Shown here piece after piece: positions 10,422 through 21,142 of a DNA stretch of 64,000 bases (position 1 is the stretch's first letter; the number at the start of each line of letters is the position of its first letter). The notes beneath the pieces are model-generated. The model saw nothing but the letters and a program-made list of their open reading frames with translations, was not told where the DNA came from and did not search any database. The stretch spans positions 3,936,001 through 4,000,000 of the forward strand of contig OY759353.1 of NCBI GenBank assembly GCA_963662315.1, read 5' to 3'. Source of the DNA: Geopsychrobacteraceae bacterium (lineage in GTDB: Bacteria > Desulfobacterota > Desulfuromonadia > Desulfuromonadales > Geopsychrobacteraceae). Position numbers and translations under genes: made by a program.

Positions 10422-11745
10422 CGTTCGCTTCTTCCACACGGTAATTGATTAACTGCAGCCCGGCGCGATTGAGGTCATCGAGATACGTTTGGCTGTGACT
10501 GGTAAACAGAATGGTTCCCCCCCCTTGCACATAATCAGCAAAGATCATTGCCAGTTGTTTGCGACTATGCTGATCCATACCTGCGTCCGGTTCGTCCAGG
10601 ATTAGAATCTGCGGCTTGAGCATCAACGCTGAAGCAAGCTGACATTTTTTCTGTTCGCCATGACTTAAGGTAAAGGGGTTGCGCTCAAGGCAGTGCTCAA
10701 GGCCAAACAGGGAGCAGACCTGGGTGAAGAAATCGTTATCGAAAGCGCCAAGTCTGCGCGCGGCAAAAGCGATTTCATCTTCAACAGTAGCGCAGAAGAA
10801 CTGAGAATCTGGTGCTTGCAGCACAACACCGAGGATAGTGGCCAGTTCGGCTCGTTTATAAGTGCCAAGAGAACGTCCTTTCAGGTCGATAGCACCGCGA
10901 CAGCTCAATAAGCCACATAACATTTTCAGCAGAGTCGTCTTGCCACTGCCGACTCCGCCACTGATATGGATAAGATCGCCTGCGGATACGCTCAGATCGG
11001 TGTAGGAGATATCGCAGGGGTATTCTGATGCTGTCTGCAGAGCACGTAATGAAAGCACCTCACCCTTGTTATCCTGACGATCCAGCTGCCAGTTGATTTT
11101 CTCCGGCATCGGGTTGCCTTCTGCGTTGCGGTTAAGAGGAACCAGCGTAACAGGGCGAACTACGGATCTCAATTGGGCAGGCAAACTGTGTTCAACCAGA
11201 AGAATCGTACGTCCCTGAGCATGCAAATCGATGAGCAGATCGGCCAGCAGTTTACGTTTGGGAGCAGACAGCTGAGCGAAACATTCATCCAGTAACAAGA
11301 TACGTGGATGGCAACAAAGGTAGGCGATCAGCAGCACCAGTTGTTGCTGTCCGCCGGAAAGCTTTTGCGGATGCCTGTCGACCAGATCGGCAATGGCGAA
11401 ATATTCGAGTAGCCGCTGTGCTTCTGCCGTGTCGGCCTGGGGCGAGAAGCTGATCTCTTCCCATACGCTACGACAAAATAACCGCGATGCCGCCCAGGGG
11501 CCAGTCAGGCAGATGCCGGAGATTTCATCTTCGGCCGGAATTTCTTTGCCACGAAAAACAACCCGGCCGCAGGTGCGACCGGGGTAGATATCGGGGATCA
11601 ACCCGGCGAGCAGGCGTAACACGCTGGTTTTACCGGCACCGTTTGGTCCCGTCAGGTGAACAAAATCTCCCTCCTGCATAGCAAGGGAAAAATCTTCAAA
11701 AACCTGCTCTTTATGCGCGAAGGAGAGCTTTTGTATCGATAACAC
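10411..11745 (-). CDS. ECF transporter duplicated ATPase (A-A') component
   Basis: Two Walker A motifs (GPNGAGKT, GGVGSGKT), LSGGQ/LSHGE signatures; GTG start at 11745. Confidence 0.88.
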   Translation of the reverse strand: MLSIQKLSFAHKEQVFEDFSLAMQEGDFVHLTGPNGAGKTSVLRLLAGLIPDIYPGRTCGRVVFRGKEIPAEDEISGICLTGPWAASRLFCRSVWEEISFSPQADTAEAQRLLEYFAIADLVDRHPQKLSGGQQQLVLLIAYLCCHPRILLLDECFAQLSAPKRKLLADLLIDLHAQGRTILLVEHSLPAQLRSVVRPVTLVPLNRNAEGNPMPEKINWQLDRQDNKGEVLSLRALQTASEYPCDISYTDLSVSAGDLIHISGGVGSGKTTLLKMLCGLLSCRGAIDLKGRSLGTYKRAELATILGVVLQAPDSQFFCATVEDEIAFAARRLGAFDNDFFTQVCSLFGLEHCLERNPFTLSHGEQKKCQLASALMLKPQILILDEPDAGMDQHSRKQLAMIFADYVQGGGTILFTSHSQTYLDDLNRAGLQLINYRVEEANDAL

Positions 11746-12220
11746 GGGCTTTCTCCAGTGCGTTGATGACCGCCAGAGCAAGCAAACTACCCGCTGCGGA
11801 ACTGAGTAAAAAGCTGGGCAGCAGGGCCATGACACCGATCTCCTTACCCATCAATCCAGGAGCAATCAGCAGTGACCCAACCACAGGGCCAAGCAGACCG
11901 GTACCAACAATCTCACCTGCTGCAGCAGCCCAGGTTTTACCGGTGAGGCGAAAGGCGATGCCGGCAAAGAAGGCGCCAATCATACTGCCGGGAAAGGCCA
12001 GCAGCGTACCAACCCCCAGGGCGTTGCGGATAATCGACACCCCGGTGGCGGCACCAACATTCCACCAGGTGCCAACCAGTACGGCGAGGAACACGTTGAC
12101 AAAATGCTGAGTCGGATTGATTTTGGCAATTCCGACCGGAATGCTGGTAAAGGGTGACAGGGCGATAGCCAACGCCATAAAAACAATCAGATAGGCGGTG
12201 CGTTTAATATTTTTTTTCAT
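11711..12220 (-). CDS. thiW: ECF S component, ThiW family (thiazole precursor)
   Basis: PTQHFVNV, RNALGVGTLLAFPGSMIGA, GEIVGTG are typical of ThiW. Confidence 0.85.
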   Translation of the reverse strand: MKKNIKRTAYLIVFMALAIALSPFTSIPVGIAKINPTQHFVNVFLAVLVGTWWNVGAATGVSIIRNALGVGTLLAFPGSMIGAFFAGIAFRLTGKTWAAAAGEIVGTGLLGPVVGSLLIAPGLMGKEIGVMALLPSFLLSSAAGSLLALAVINALEKARVIDTKALLRA

Positions 12221-13608
12221 CGATATTCTCCTCCTTTGAGGCCAAAGACAACAGATAAACCTGCAGATACGATCAGCGCCCCGAGGAAGGATATAAACAT
12301 ATCGGCGGGCAGCCCTGACCAGGAACTGAAGTCCGGTTTTGGGAAAAACAGTGTGCCCAGGATAATCCCGACACATCCGGAGATAAGAGCCTGAGCACCA
12401 GAGATCTTGCTATTAAACAAACCGAACAGCAATGGAAAAGCAAACGCCGAGCAAATCAAATCGGCAAGTAGAAAGAGATAGAGAACTGAGCCACCACGAC
12501 TGCCGAACAGGGTTGCCAGCACACCGATAACGATGGTCAGCATTTTTGCACGACCAAGAATTGTCGGGTTTTCTTCATCAAGACCATTCCAGGAGCTGAT
12601 GGTACTGACCATGCCATTGAGCAGGGTGTCGATACTGCTCAGAGCCAAAACAAAAGCCAATAAGACCAGCACCACGGTAAACATGGGCGATAACAGGCTT
12701 AACAGGCTGAACATGCCGAGAGAGGGCGCCGCGGGATCGAGGGTTCCGGCACTGCGGGCCAGGATACCGAAGAACCCTGCCAGAAAGATCAAGGGAATAA
12801 CGATAACGCCACCGAGTAAAAAAGCCTTTTTCTGGGCGGTTGATCTGTCTACGCTGTAGACCCTCTGCCAGAAGCCCTGATGAAAGAGATTGCTGGTGGT
12901 GACCCCGATGAAAAGGACAATGCCAAATTTCCAACCCGGCATAAAGGACAGGCTCAGCAGTTCAGGGGCGTTCTGTTGCACCTGTCCGATCACTGGCCCT
13001 TTTGCGGACAGGGCAGAAACGACAGCGGCAGCAAAAGCAAGCAGTAGTGGCACCAGCACATATAGCTGAATCTTATCGGTTTTGATTGAGGCGCCCAAAC
13101 CGCCGCGAAAGACATAGGCAAAGACCAGCAAGGTAACGCCTGAACAACCAACGATCAGCGGTGTTCCCAGCGTTAGCGCTAATACCTGTCCGATGGCGGT
13201 CAACTCGGCCGTCAGAAAGGTCCCCATATAGAAGAGCATAATGGTTCCGGTCAGAAGCGCAGTACGCTGGCCAAAGCGTGCAGCGACGTAATCGCTCAAA
13301 CCGTAACCGTGTGGAATCAGTTTAACCAGAAGCGGTCCGAAAAAGGCGAGAAGAAACAGTGGCATGGCTTGCCCCAGAGCATAGCCGCTAAGACCGGTTA
13401 CTCCTGCCCAACTGCCGGTCTCGCCGGGGCTGAAGAGCATCCATGCTCCGAGCACAGATGCTGCCAGACTGAATCCGGCCACGGTTGGTGAGGCTTTACC
13501 ACGATGAGTAATATAATCATCAATAGAAACGGCCTTATTTTTAAAACCGATCAGAACAAAAAATAAACTGAGGACGGCCATACCGCCCAGACTGACGGAC
13601 AGGATCAT
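12217..13608 (-). CDS. sodium:solute symporter, ThiV-like (putative thiamine-precursor uptake)
   Basis: About 13 TM segments; GGLGASIKTD, HQGFWQRVY, SSIDT motifs; first gene after the TPP riboswitch. Confidence 0.8.
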   Translation of the reverse strand: MILSVSLGGMAVLSLFFVLIGFKNKAVSIDDYITHRGKASPTVAGFSLAASVLGAWMLFSPGETGSWAGVTGLSGYALGQAMPLFLLAFFGPLLVKLIPHGYGLSDYVAARFGQRTALLTGTIMLFYMGTFLTAELTAIGQVLALTLGTPLIVGCSGVTLLVFAYVFRGGLGASIKTDKIQLYVLVPLLLAFAAAVVSALSAKGPVIGQVQQNAPELLSLSFMPGWKFGIVLFIGVTTSNLFHQGFWQRVYSVDRSTAQKKAFLLGGVIVIPLIFLAGFFGILARSAGTLDPAAPSLGMFSLLSLLSPMFTVVLVLLAFVLALSSIDTLLNGMVSTISSWNGLDEENPTILGRAKMLTIVIGVLATLFGSRGGSVLYLFLLADLICSAFAFPLLFGLFNSKISGAQALISGCVGIILGTLFFPKPDFSSWSGLPADMFISFLGALIVSAGLSVVFGLKGGEYR

Positions 13609-13884
13609 AGCTTTTCTCCTTGGACAGAAACTTGTACAGCAAAACCTCTGTATCTCTAACGGCTGGCTTGAACACTGTGGTCCTTAGTTCAGGATTGAAT
13701 GTCCCGGCGATAATAGGTGCTGGTGACCATTCTGCTCAATACATGGCTTTGCGGTTGCTATTTCTTTAGGAATTTCACAGCGTCGCGGAGCGTAAAGAAA
13801 TCTCCCATATCATCAGGAGGTCCCTGTCCGGTCACAGACATACAGCCATTTGAGAGGCGGCGGTATGAAAAGAGGAAAAGCTCT

Positions 13885-13968
13885 CATGCTTCCTGCGCTG
13901 ACATTACTCAGGTCAGGTTCTAAGGGTCTGTTCTCAGCCGGTCCCAAAAGACAAGCACCCCTGATGAT
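13885..13968 (-). promoter_or_regulatory. TPP riboswitch
   Basis: Minus strand: CAGGGGTGC...GGCTGAGA-ACAGACCCTT-AGAACCTGACCTGAGTAATGTCAGCGCAGGAAG, matching the THI-box consensus. Confidence 0.92.
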
Positions 13969-14058
13969 GGGGCCGATGTTTACACAACTTGCTCGTTTTG
14001 TCAAAGGGGGCTGCTCAAGAATCAGGATTAAATACTTACATTGATGCGGAGAAAATTA

Positions 14059-14384
14059 ATGGCTCCAGTGGGCATATTGTTTTCTGCGGAAGGCGCTCTG
14101 AATGATGTCGATATTCCCGTGTTATTGTTGAAGGCAGAGAAAGATGAAGAGGTAACAGAACCGTACCATGCCGATGTCATTGAAAAAGGCCTTCCCAATA
14201 AACAGTAATTAACTGGTATGATGGCATCTAATGCTGGCCATTACTCATTATTGACATCATCCCCTGATTTTCTTAAGCCAGAAATTGGCTCGATTGCAGA
14301 AGGTCCCAAAGATTTCAATCGGCAGAGTTTCAAGAAAAGCTAGGTGCAATGATTGTCGATTACCTCAAAGGTGCGCTGAAATAA
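14059..14384 (+). pseudogene. C-terminal remnant of an alpha/beta hydrolase (dienelactone-hydrolase-like)
   Basis: MAPVGILFS...IPVLLLKAEKD...PYHA...*...NAGHYS...FNRQSF with an internal stop and a frameshift. Confidence 0.55.
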
Positions 14385-15229
14385 AAACATAACCCTTATC
14401 AGTCTCCTCTCAGGAAAGCGGACCCTCCGGCGTTCTGTGAGGGGACTGCAAGAGTATGAATTTCTTCAATGTTACACTGCTATGTCACGATAGCTCGTTG
14501 CTATCCGGAAACTCCGAAGGGCAACGGCTAAGTTTTCAGCTTGGAAACGAGCAATTTTTTCGTTGTTGCAAGAAAACCCGCAGATTGACACCGCCACAGC
14601 GGAAAAGGGCCGGTTCCGGATGGAAAATAGCTAATTTTAAACACCGGCCAGTGGCTAATCTGTAATCAGAAACACTTCTCCTGCGTATTTTATCACCACT
14701 AATTTCACATATGGCAACGTTAGGGACACTCAGAGCGGGACATATGTCTCGTGTCTGAAGGTGAGAATACAGATATTTAATTATTTTATCAATCTCTCCG
14801 CAGACGGCCATCATCCCAGATTTATTCACGTTTTCAAAGAGTTTTAGTATCTGGAAAGCAACTTGGCAGAAAATATATTATTAGAGTTGGCGTAATAGTT
14901 GCTTTAATACCGTACTGTCCAGCTCACTGGAGAGCAGGACAGTAAGACTTGGGACATCTGTCCCATTACTACTTAGCGCAGGCAAAGTCGCCCACTCTTC
15001 TATAGTTTTTATAGTCGCGTGGGCTTTTTCGTTTTTGGACAATCTTCGCCAGCAAGAAAAGAATGTATCTCTCACTCGATTAAAAAGGAGGCTGCTCTTA
15101 GGGATTTTCTCTCACTAAGGCTAATCTTATAAGATGTAACATGTAGATTGTATGAGATTAGAATCGTTAATGATGTGACACTTTCATAATGACTTAAAAC
15201 AATCCTATTTACGGCAAGGAGAACGAAGA

Positions 15230-16027
15230 ATGAAATCAAGAATATTAGTATCTGTTTTTTTGGCTGTGTTGTGCCTCTTTTTCGCTCCAATACATGAGAT
15301 CAGCTATGCTTCCGAGGACGCCTTAAGCAAAGTCAAAGACAGCGGAATTTTAAAGGTTGCTGTGCCACAAGATTTCCCGCCGTTTGGTTCTGTTGGCACC
15401 GATTTGCAACCGATAGGTTACGATATCGATATGGCAGCGCTGATTGCCAATAAACTTGGAGTCAAATTGAAACTGGTGCCTGTTACGAGCACCAATCGAA
15501 TTCCATACCTGACCACAGGAAAGGTGGACCTTGTTATATCGTCGCTGGGGAAAAACCCTGAGCGCATGAAAGTTATCGATTTTTCAAATGCTTATGCACC
15601 ATTCTACAACGGGGTCTTTGGCCCTGCTGATGAAAAAATACAAGGCGGGAGTGATTTGGCAGGAAAAACGATCGCAGTTACACGTGGTTCCATTGAAGAC
15701 CTTGAATTGACCAAGATCGCTCCACCGTCAACAACGATTCAACGTTTTGAAGATAACAGTTCGACGATTTCGGCTTATCTTTCTGGTCAAGTCGAGTTGG
15801 TGGCAACAGGGAACGTTGTCGCCGCTTCTATTAATGAGCAAACCCCCAAAAAGATGCTTGAGTCCAAATTCCTGATCAAAAATTCACCATGCTACATTGG
15901 GCTGAATAAAGAGCAGGGGCCGTTTATGGATACCGTAAACGCCATTATCAAAACAGCGAAGCAGGACGGCTCACTTGAGAAAATTTCACAGAAATGGCTT
16001 CACATAAGCCTTCCTGAAAATTTGTAA
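15230..16027 (+). CDS. polar amino acid ABC transporter substrate-binding protein
   Basis: Signal peptide; DFPPFG, GYDIDMA, NRIPYL, IDFS..Y (SBP family 3). Confidence 0.92.
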   Translation: MKSRILVSVFLAVLCLFFAPIHEISYASEDALSKVKDSGILKVAVPQDFPPFGSVGTDLQPIGYDIDMAALIANKLGVKLKLVPVTSTNRIPYLTTGKVDLVISSLGKNPERMKVIDFSNAYAPFYNGVFGPADEKIQGGSDLAGKTIAVTRGSIEDLELTKIAPPSTTIQRFEDNSSTISAYLSGQVELVATGNVVAASINEQTPKKMLESKFLIKNSPCYIGLNKEQGPFMDTVNAIIKTAKQDGSLEKISQKWLHISLPENL

Positions 16028-16084
16028 CAAGTTCCTGAACATTGTGGTGGGCGTCTTGTTGCGCTCACCACAACTGGAGAACCC

Positions 16085-16753
16085 ATGGACTATCAGTTTT
16101 CATTTACTGCGGTTTCGGCAAACTGGCAGCTGCTTGGTCAAGGACTCTTGCTGACAGTGTTGTTTACTGTTATCGGGTCTGCTGCCGGACTTGTTGTTGG
16201 GACAGTTGGTGCGGTTTCAAAAAACTGGCGTATACCGGTTTTGTCGCAGCTTTATTCCATTTATGTCGAATGTATACGGAATACACCTTTTCTGGTTCAA
16301 CTCTATTTTATTTTTTTCGGCCTTCCGGCACTTGGGATTAAGCTGAACGGTTTAGAGGCTTCGGTTTTGGCTATGATCATCAATCTGGGAGCCTATTCTA
16401 CTGAGATCATACGCGCCGGGTTGCAGGCTATCCCCAGAGGGCAGTTGGAAGCGGCCGATGCCTTGGCCATGAGCCGTTGGCAATGTTTGCGCTATGTCAT
16501 ACTGCAGCCGGCATTCAGGACTGTCTGGCCGGCGCTGTGCTCACAAATTATTATTGTCATGCTGGGCTCGTCGGTCTGCTCTCAGGTTGCTGCTCAGGAA
16601 CTTACCTATGCCGCCAATTTAATTCAGGCACGTACCTTCAGAGCGTTTGAAGTCTATTTCATCTCAACAGTGCTCTACCTGCTGCTTGCAGTTGTGGTTC
16701 GGAAGGTGCTTTTTATGTTTGGAAAGCGTTGTTTCAATAGGGGGCGCGCATGA
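16085..16753 (+). CDS. amino acid ABC transporter permease
   Basis: IRNTPFLVQL and EIIRAG..IPRGQLEAA (EAA loop). Confidence 0.92.
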   Translation: MDYQFSFTAVSANWQLLGQGLLLTVLFTVIGSAAGLVVGTVGAVSKNWRIPVLSQLYSIYVECIRNTPFLVQLYFIFFGLPALGIKLNGLEASVLAMIINLGAYSTEIIRAGLQAIPRGQLEAADALAMSRWQCLRYVILQPAFRTVWPALCSQIIIVMLGSSVCSQVAAQELTYAANLIQARTFRAFEVYFISTVLYLLLAVVVRKVLFMFGKRCFNRGRA

Positions 16754-17406
16754 TTCAGTTTACGCTTTGGAACATTGTCGGTCACCTCGTGACCGGGATG
16801 GGCTGGACAATATTACTCTCCCTTGGAGCTTTTCTGCTGGGTGGTACGGCGGCGTTGATTATTCTTTTCCTTGGTCTGTCCTCCTCCTCTACGCCATGCA
16901 GAGCAGCAAGAATCTATATCGAGTTTTTCCAGGGGACGCCTCTCTTAATGCAATTGTTTTTGCTCTTTTTTGGCTTAGGCCTGCTGGGAATAGAAATATC
17001 TCCTGTGCTGACGGCGTTGCTGGGATTGACTTTTTTCTCAAGCGCATATTTAGCCGAAATCTGGCGCGGTTGTGTTGAATCGCTTCCGAAAGGGCAATGG
17101 GAGGCCTCTGATAGTCTGGCTATGAATCGTTATCAACAGATGCGTTACGTTATTCTGCCACAGACAATCCGTATTGCTTTGCCTCCAACCGTCGGGTTTT
17201 CAGTTCAGATTGTCAAAGGGACTGCGGTTACCTCAATTATCGGCTTCATGGAGATAACGAAGACAGGTTCTATGCTTGCAAATGCTACCTTTAAGCCACT
17301 TTTGATCTATGGACTGGTTGCTTTAGGGTATTTTCTCATTTGCTTCCCGTTGTCGGCATTAGCTCGGCACGTAGAGAAAGGGTTATATGCCACTCATTCA
17401 CGTTGA
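16750..17406 (+). CDS. amino acid ABC transporter permease
   Basis: FQGTPLLMQL and EIWRG..LPKGQWEAS. Confidence 0.92.
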   Translation: MIQFTLWNIVGHLVTGMGWTILLSLGAFLLGGTAALIILFLGLSSSSTPCRAARIYIEFFQGTPLLMQLFLLFFGLGLLGIEISPVLTALLGLTFFSSAYLAEIWRGCVESLPKGQWEASDSLAMNRYQQMRYVILPQTIRIALPPTVGFSVQIVKGTAVTSIIGFMEITKTGSMLANATFKPLLIYGLVALGYFLICFPLSALARHVEKGLYATHSR

Positions 17407-18118
17407 AGAACTGCATAAAAGCTATGGCGAAACAGAGGTTTTAAAGGGAGTTTCCTTTTCGGTGCAGGAAGGACAAGTCGTCGTGATCATCGGGCGTAGC
17501 GGCTCCGGGAAAAGTACTTTGCTGAGAGTCCTGAATGGACTGGAGACCTTCGAGGATGGCCTGGTGCATATCGATGGGGCCAGATTTCACGGGTTAAAAT
17601 CGGAACTTATTCCCCTAAGGCTCAAGGTCGGAATGGTTTTTCAGCAATTCAACCTCTTCCCTCATTTGACCGCCGGAGAGAATGTCATGCTGGCGCCCCA
17701 GGTGGTCAAGAAGGTGGACAAGAAAGAGATCCGGCTTCTGGCTGAAGAAATGATGGATCGGGTTGGCCTTGCTGATAAATTCAATGCGTTTCCCGATCAG
17801 TTATCCGGTGGGCAGCAGCAGCGTGTTGCTATTGCCAGGGCCCTGGCCATGAAACCAAAGGTTTTGCTTTGTGATGAAATCACCTCAGCTTTGGACCCCG
17901 AACTGGTTGATGAGGTGTTGAGCGTGGTTCAGCGCCTTGCTTCTGAAGGAATGACTCTGATTATGGTCACCCATGAAATGCGTTTTGCCCGAGATGTTGG
18001 AGATACCCTGGTGTTTATGCATCAGGGCCTGGTTCATGAGATGGGACCACCGAAACAGTTGTTTGCGAGTCCTAAAACTCCTGAACTGGCGTCCTTTGTC
18101 AAGTCTGTCAATCTATAG
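17387..18118 (+). CDS. amino acid ABC transporter ATP-binding protein
   Basis: GRSGSGKST, LSGGQQQR, DEITSALDPE, VTHEM. Confidence 0.95.
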   Translation: MPLIHVEELHKSYGETEVLKGVSFSVQEGQVVVIIGRSGSGKSTLLRVLNGLETFEDGLVHIDGARFHGLKSELIPLRLKVGMVFQQFNLFPHLTAGENVMLAPQVVKKVDKKEIRLLAEEMMDRVGLADKFNAFPDQLSGGQQQRVAIARALAMKPKVLLCDEITSALDPELVDEVLSVVQRLASEGMTLIMVTHEMRFARDVGDTLVFMHQGLVHEMGPPKQLFASPKTPELASFVKSVNL

Positions 18119-18211
18119 AGGGCAGACCCAAAAGTCTTTTTTACGAACAGCTGTGCCTGAGCGGTGAGCGTGATGTGCTCACTTGCTTTTAGCATTAATG
18201 GATGTGATTTT

Positions 18212-20335
18212 ATGAATACGGAACGGGAAATATCTCATTACCGCAAATTTATTTCTGACAAGACGCTTTGTTTCCTGCTCGACCGCGCTCGGCCAGTTGC
18301 TGGAGTCGATGGCTTATGTGCCATTGACCCGTGTCGTGGATTGGAGACCGCCGCAAGTTTACATTTTGCCTGCGAGCTGTATGCAGCCGTAAAAGATGAC
18401 TTGGATTTGGTTCTTACTCAACGCGAAATAGATCGTCACTTTATCGATGCAAAAACGCAAGAGTGTGTAAAGATCAACAGCCAGAATAATATTCCCTACG
18501 CAGATTCTGCTTATCAGACCGTACTTGCAAAGCAAGACGAAAGGGGGCGGACTGTCGTCGGTCCGCTGACAGATGCCTATCATCGCAGCGCTGGTCCTTG
18601 TGTGGCAGAATTGCCAGACTGGCTTGCTCCGCCTCATGTCACCCTGTTCGGACCACCGGACTCTGCCAAGCTTTCAATCAACGCGATGAATTCGTTTCAT
18701 CGTGCAATTAAAGATGAGCCCAGGGATGTTGCTGATCTGTTAACCCGTTCCAAGAGCCTGCCCAAATGGGGCGCAGATGATGAGGATTCAAAGACTCCCC
18801 TCCACGGCGACCTGGTTTTGGCCGGCGACAATCTGAAGCAATGCTTTGACGGAACCTTACGTGAGAGCGAAGGGGACAGAACCTACGCTATAAAGGCAGA
18901 TAAACAGGCGTTGCCGATAAAACGCATTCCAGGGCTTGCCCTGCCTTGTACTTTTCTTTTTTACCATGGTAACCCGCTGCCGCTGCACATTTATGATTTT
19001 GCGTTGCACCTTTTTCACTGCAGGATGAATCCACGGGCTCTGGTTTTTTATATTCCGAAGTTGGAAAATGAGGAAGAGGCTCGTTACCTGAAAAAACTGA
19101 TCAGCACAGCTGAAGACATGATCGGGAACTTTTGCCCAAGCTACCAGCCGGGATCGGTGCGGTTGATGGTTGTGATTGAGAACCCACGCGCCATTTTCCG
19201 GGTCAATGAAATAATGGACACTCTTCAGCCGTATTTTGCTGGTGCGTCCCTTGGCTGGCACGACTACCTCGCTTCGACAGCGCGCTTGTTCAAAGAGGAT
19301 GCGCACTATCGCATCCCGGTTAAGAGTGACCCCGATATTGTCATAAAATATATCAAGGCAAGCCACGAGCTGTTGGCGAATGTTGTTGGAGGGCGTGGTG
19401 GAATCAAGGTCGGCGGTATGTATGGTGTTTTGCCGCTTAATAGCGATTTAAAAAGCCGCTCTTTTCAGGTCACCATCAAGGGTTATATTCGTGACGTAAT
19501 CACCCAGCTTAAGCGCAACCTGAATGGCTTCTGGGTTGCCCATCCTGATTTCGTGCGGATTGGTCTGGCGTTGGTTCAGGGCTGGCGGGAGTTTCAGGAC
19601 GGTGATCAGCTGCCTCTGGAGAACCTTGTTAAAGCACTGCTCCTGCCACACTATCATGCCGAAATGCTGGCTTTTATCTATGGTGCCGATAGCGAAGGAC
19701 TAGACTGCAACAGCGTTAATTTCCCCCGCGCTTTGCTGGCCGCCGACCTGCAGGAATCCCAATTGATGTCCAACAGTGATGCTGAAGAAGTCAGGTACAA
19801 TGTTTTCCAGACCCTGCAATATCTTGCAGACTGGCTCTGTGGTAATGGCTGCGTTGCCCTGCCTGCCGCAATCGAGGGGGAGATGGTCCGGGTCATGGAT
19901 GATCTTGCGACAGCTGAGCGCTCGCGTTGGGAGGTCTGGCATGAAGTTCGTCACGGGCGCTTCAAGAGTGACGATCTGGTCACTATCATTGCCGAGGAAA
20001 TCGATTTTATAACAGCAAACCGTAAGTCGGAACAAAAACAGGTTCAGGTCGTTTGGAATGAGCGAACAGCTAAATGGTATCCGGTGGCGGTATATCTGAC
20101 AGTGTTAATGATGACGCAGACCCAACCGGTGGAATTCGCCACCGAATTGCTCTTGCCCTTTACTCTTGATGCGGTGCGCGCATCTGCTGATCCGCTCGCT
20201 TTTATCTGCCAGCTTGAAGGAGATAAATACCAGCTTGAACCTGAAGTTAAAAAAATGTGGGACGCGCGACTGCAACCAATGTTGTCGTTACGCCCCGTAG
20301 ATATCAGTCAGCCAATGACCGAACCCTCTTATTAA
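18212..20335 (+). CDS. divergent malate synthase (A-type fold)
   Basis: GADDEDS, FYIPKLENEEEA, VIENP, GWHDY, GGM, FWVAHPD, MDDLATAERSR parallel the MSA motifs (ADFED, YLPK, ET, GRWDY, WVAHP, MEDAATAEISR). Confidence 0.75.
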   Translation: MNTEREISHYRKFISDKTLCFLLDRARPVAGVDGLCAIDPCRGLETAASLHFACELYAAVKDDLDLVLTQREIDRHFIDAKTQECVKINSQNNIPYADSAYQTVLAKQDERGRTVVGPLTDAYHRSAGPCVAELPDWLAPPHVTLFGPPDSAKLSINAMNSFHRAIKDEPRDVADLLTRSKSLPKWGADDEDSKTPLHGDLVLAGDNLKQCFDGTLRESEGDRTYAIKADKQALPIKRIPGLALPCTFLFYHGNPLPLHIYDFALHLFHCRMNPRALVFYIPKLENEEEARYLKKLISTAEDMIGNFCPSYQPGSVRLMVVIENPRAIFRVNEIMDTLQPYFAGASLGWHDYLASTARLFKEDAHYRIPVKSDPDIVIKYIKASHELLANVVGGRGGIKVGGMYGVLPLNSDLKSRSFQVTIKGYIRDVITQLKRNLNGFWVAHPDFVRIGLALVQGWREFQDGDQLPLENLVKALLLPHYHAEMLAFIYGADSEGLDCNSVNFPRALLAADLQESQLMSNSDAEEVRYNVFQTLQYLADWLCGNGCVALPAAIEGEMVRVMDDLATAERSRWEVWHEVRHGRFKSDDLVTIIAEEIDFITANRKSEQKQVQVVWNERTAKWYPVAVYLTVLMMTQTQPVEFATELLLPFTLDAVRASADPLAFICQLEGDKYQLEPEVKKMWDARLQPMLSLRPVDISQPMTEPSY

Positions 20336-20361
20336 CATTTCTCGTATAAAGGAGAACGAAT

Positions 20362-21132
20362 ATGGGCTATCCGCACGGGTTATTATCAACGCGAGCTATT
20401 GTCAAACCAGGAGAATATGCCATCATTCCGCCGGAAGGCAGGGTCAATAACGTTATTCCCAACATTGAAGCTTGTAACGTATCAATTCTCTGCTCACCCA
20501 AAATTGGCGCCAGTTTCGTGATGTACATCGGTACGGCAAAACCGGGAGGCGGCACAACCAGCCCCTTTGCAGAAGAACCCGGTGTCGAAAGTTTTATGTT
20601 TATCCTCGAAACAGAGGGTGAAATGCGGGTCGGCGTTGATGAGCAAGAACAGACTTTGAGCGCGGGTGGTTATATCTATGCCCCGCCGAATTCCGGCCTG
20701 TCGTTCAAAAATAACAGCGATAGCCCCGTGCGGTTCCTTTTATACAAGCAGCGTTATATCCCCTATGCAGACACCGCCCCCCGCTGTATCGTCGGCAATA
20801 TCAACGCCATTGAAGAGCGGTGCTATGATGACATGCACAATGTGTTTGTCCGCGACCTGTTACCCAGTGATCTCGCCTTTGACCTGAACTTTCATACTCT
20901 GAGTTTTGAACCTGGTGGCTGCCATCCTTTTGTCGAAACCCATGTCCAGGAGCACGGGGCCTATATCTATGAGGGGGAAGGGGTCTATCTTCTCGGCGAG
21001 CAGTGGTTGCCGGTGCAGAAAGACGATTTCCTGTTTTTTGGACCCTTTACCCAGCAGGCGGTCTATGCCTCCGGTCGTGGCCGACTGACTTATATCTATT
21101 CAAAAGACTGCAATCGGGATGTTGAAATCTGA
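20362..21132 (+). CDS. allE: (S)-ureidoglycine aminohydrolase (bicupin)
   Basis: MGYP..LLSTRA start, HPFVETHVQEHG, YIYSKDCNRD. Confidence 0.9.
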   Translation: MGYPHGLLSTRAIVKPGEYAIIPPEGRVNNVIPNIEACNVSILCSPKIGASFVMYIGTAKPGGGTTSPFAEEPGVESFMFILETEGEMRVGVDEQEQTLSAGGYIYAPPNSGLSFKNNSDSPVRFLLYKQRYIPYADTAPRCIVGNINAIEERCYDDMHNVFVRDLLPSDLAFDLNFHTLSFEPGGCHPFVETHVQEHGAYIYEGEGVYLLGEQWLPVQKDDFLFFGPFTQQAVYASGRGRLTYIYSKDCNRDVEI

Positions 21133-21142
21133 GGGATCAAAA

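Noticed and set aside
14400..15075. Short ORFs in the gap before the ABC operon
   Set aside because: No RBS or motif support; probably decayed sequence
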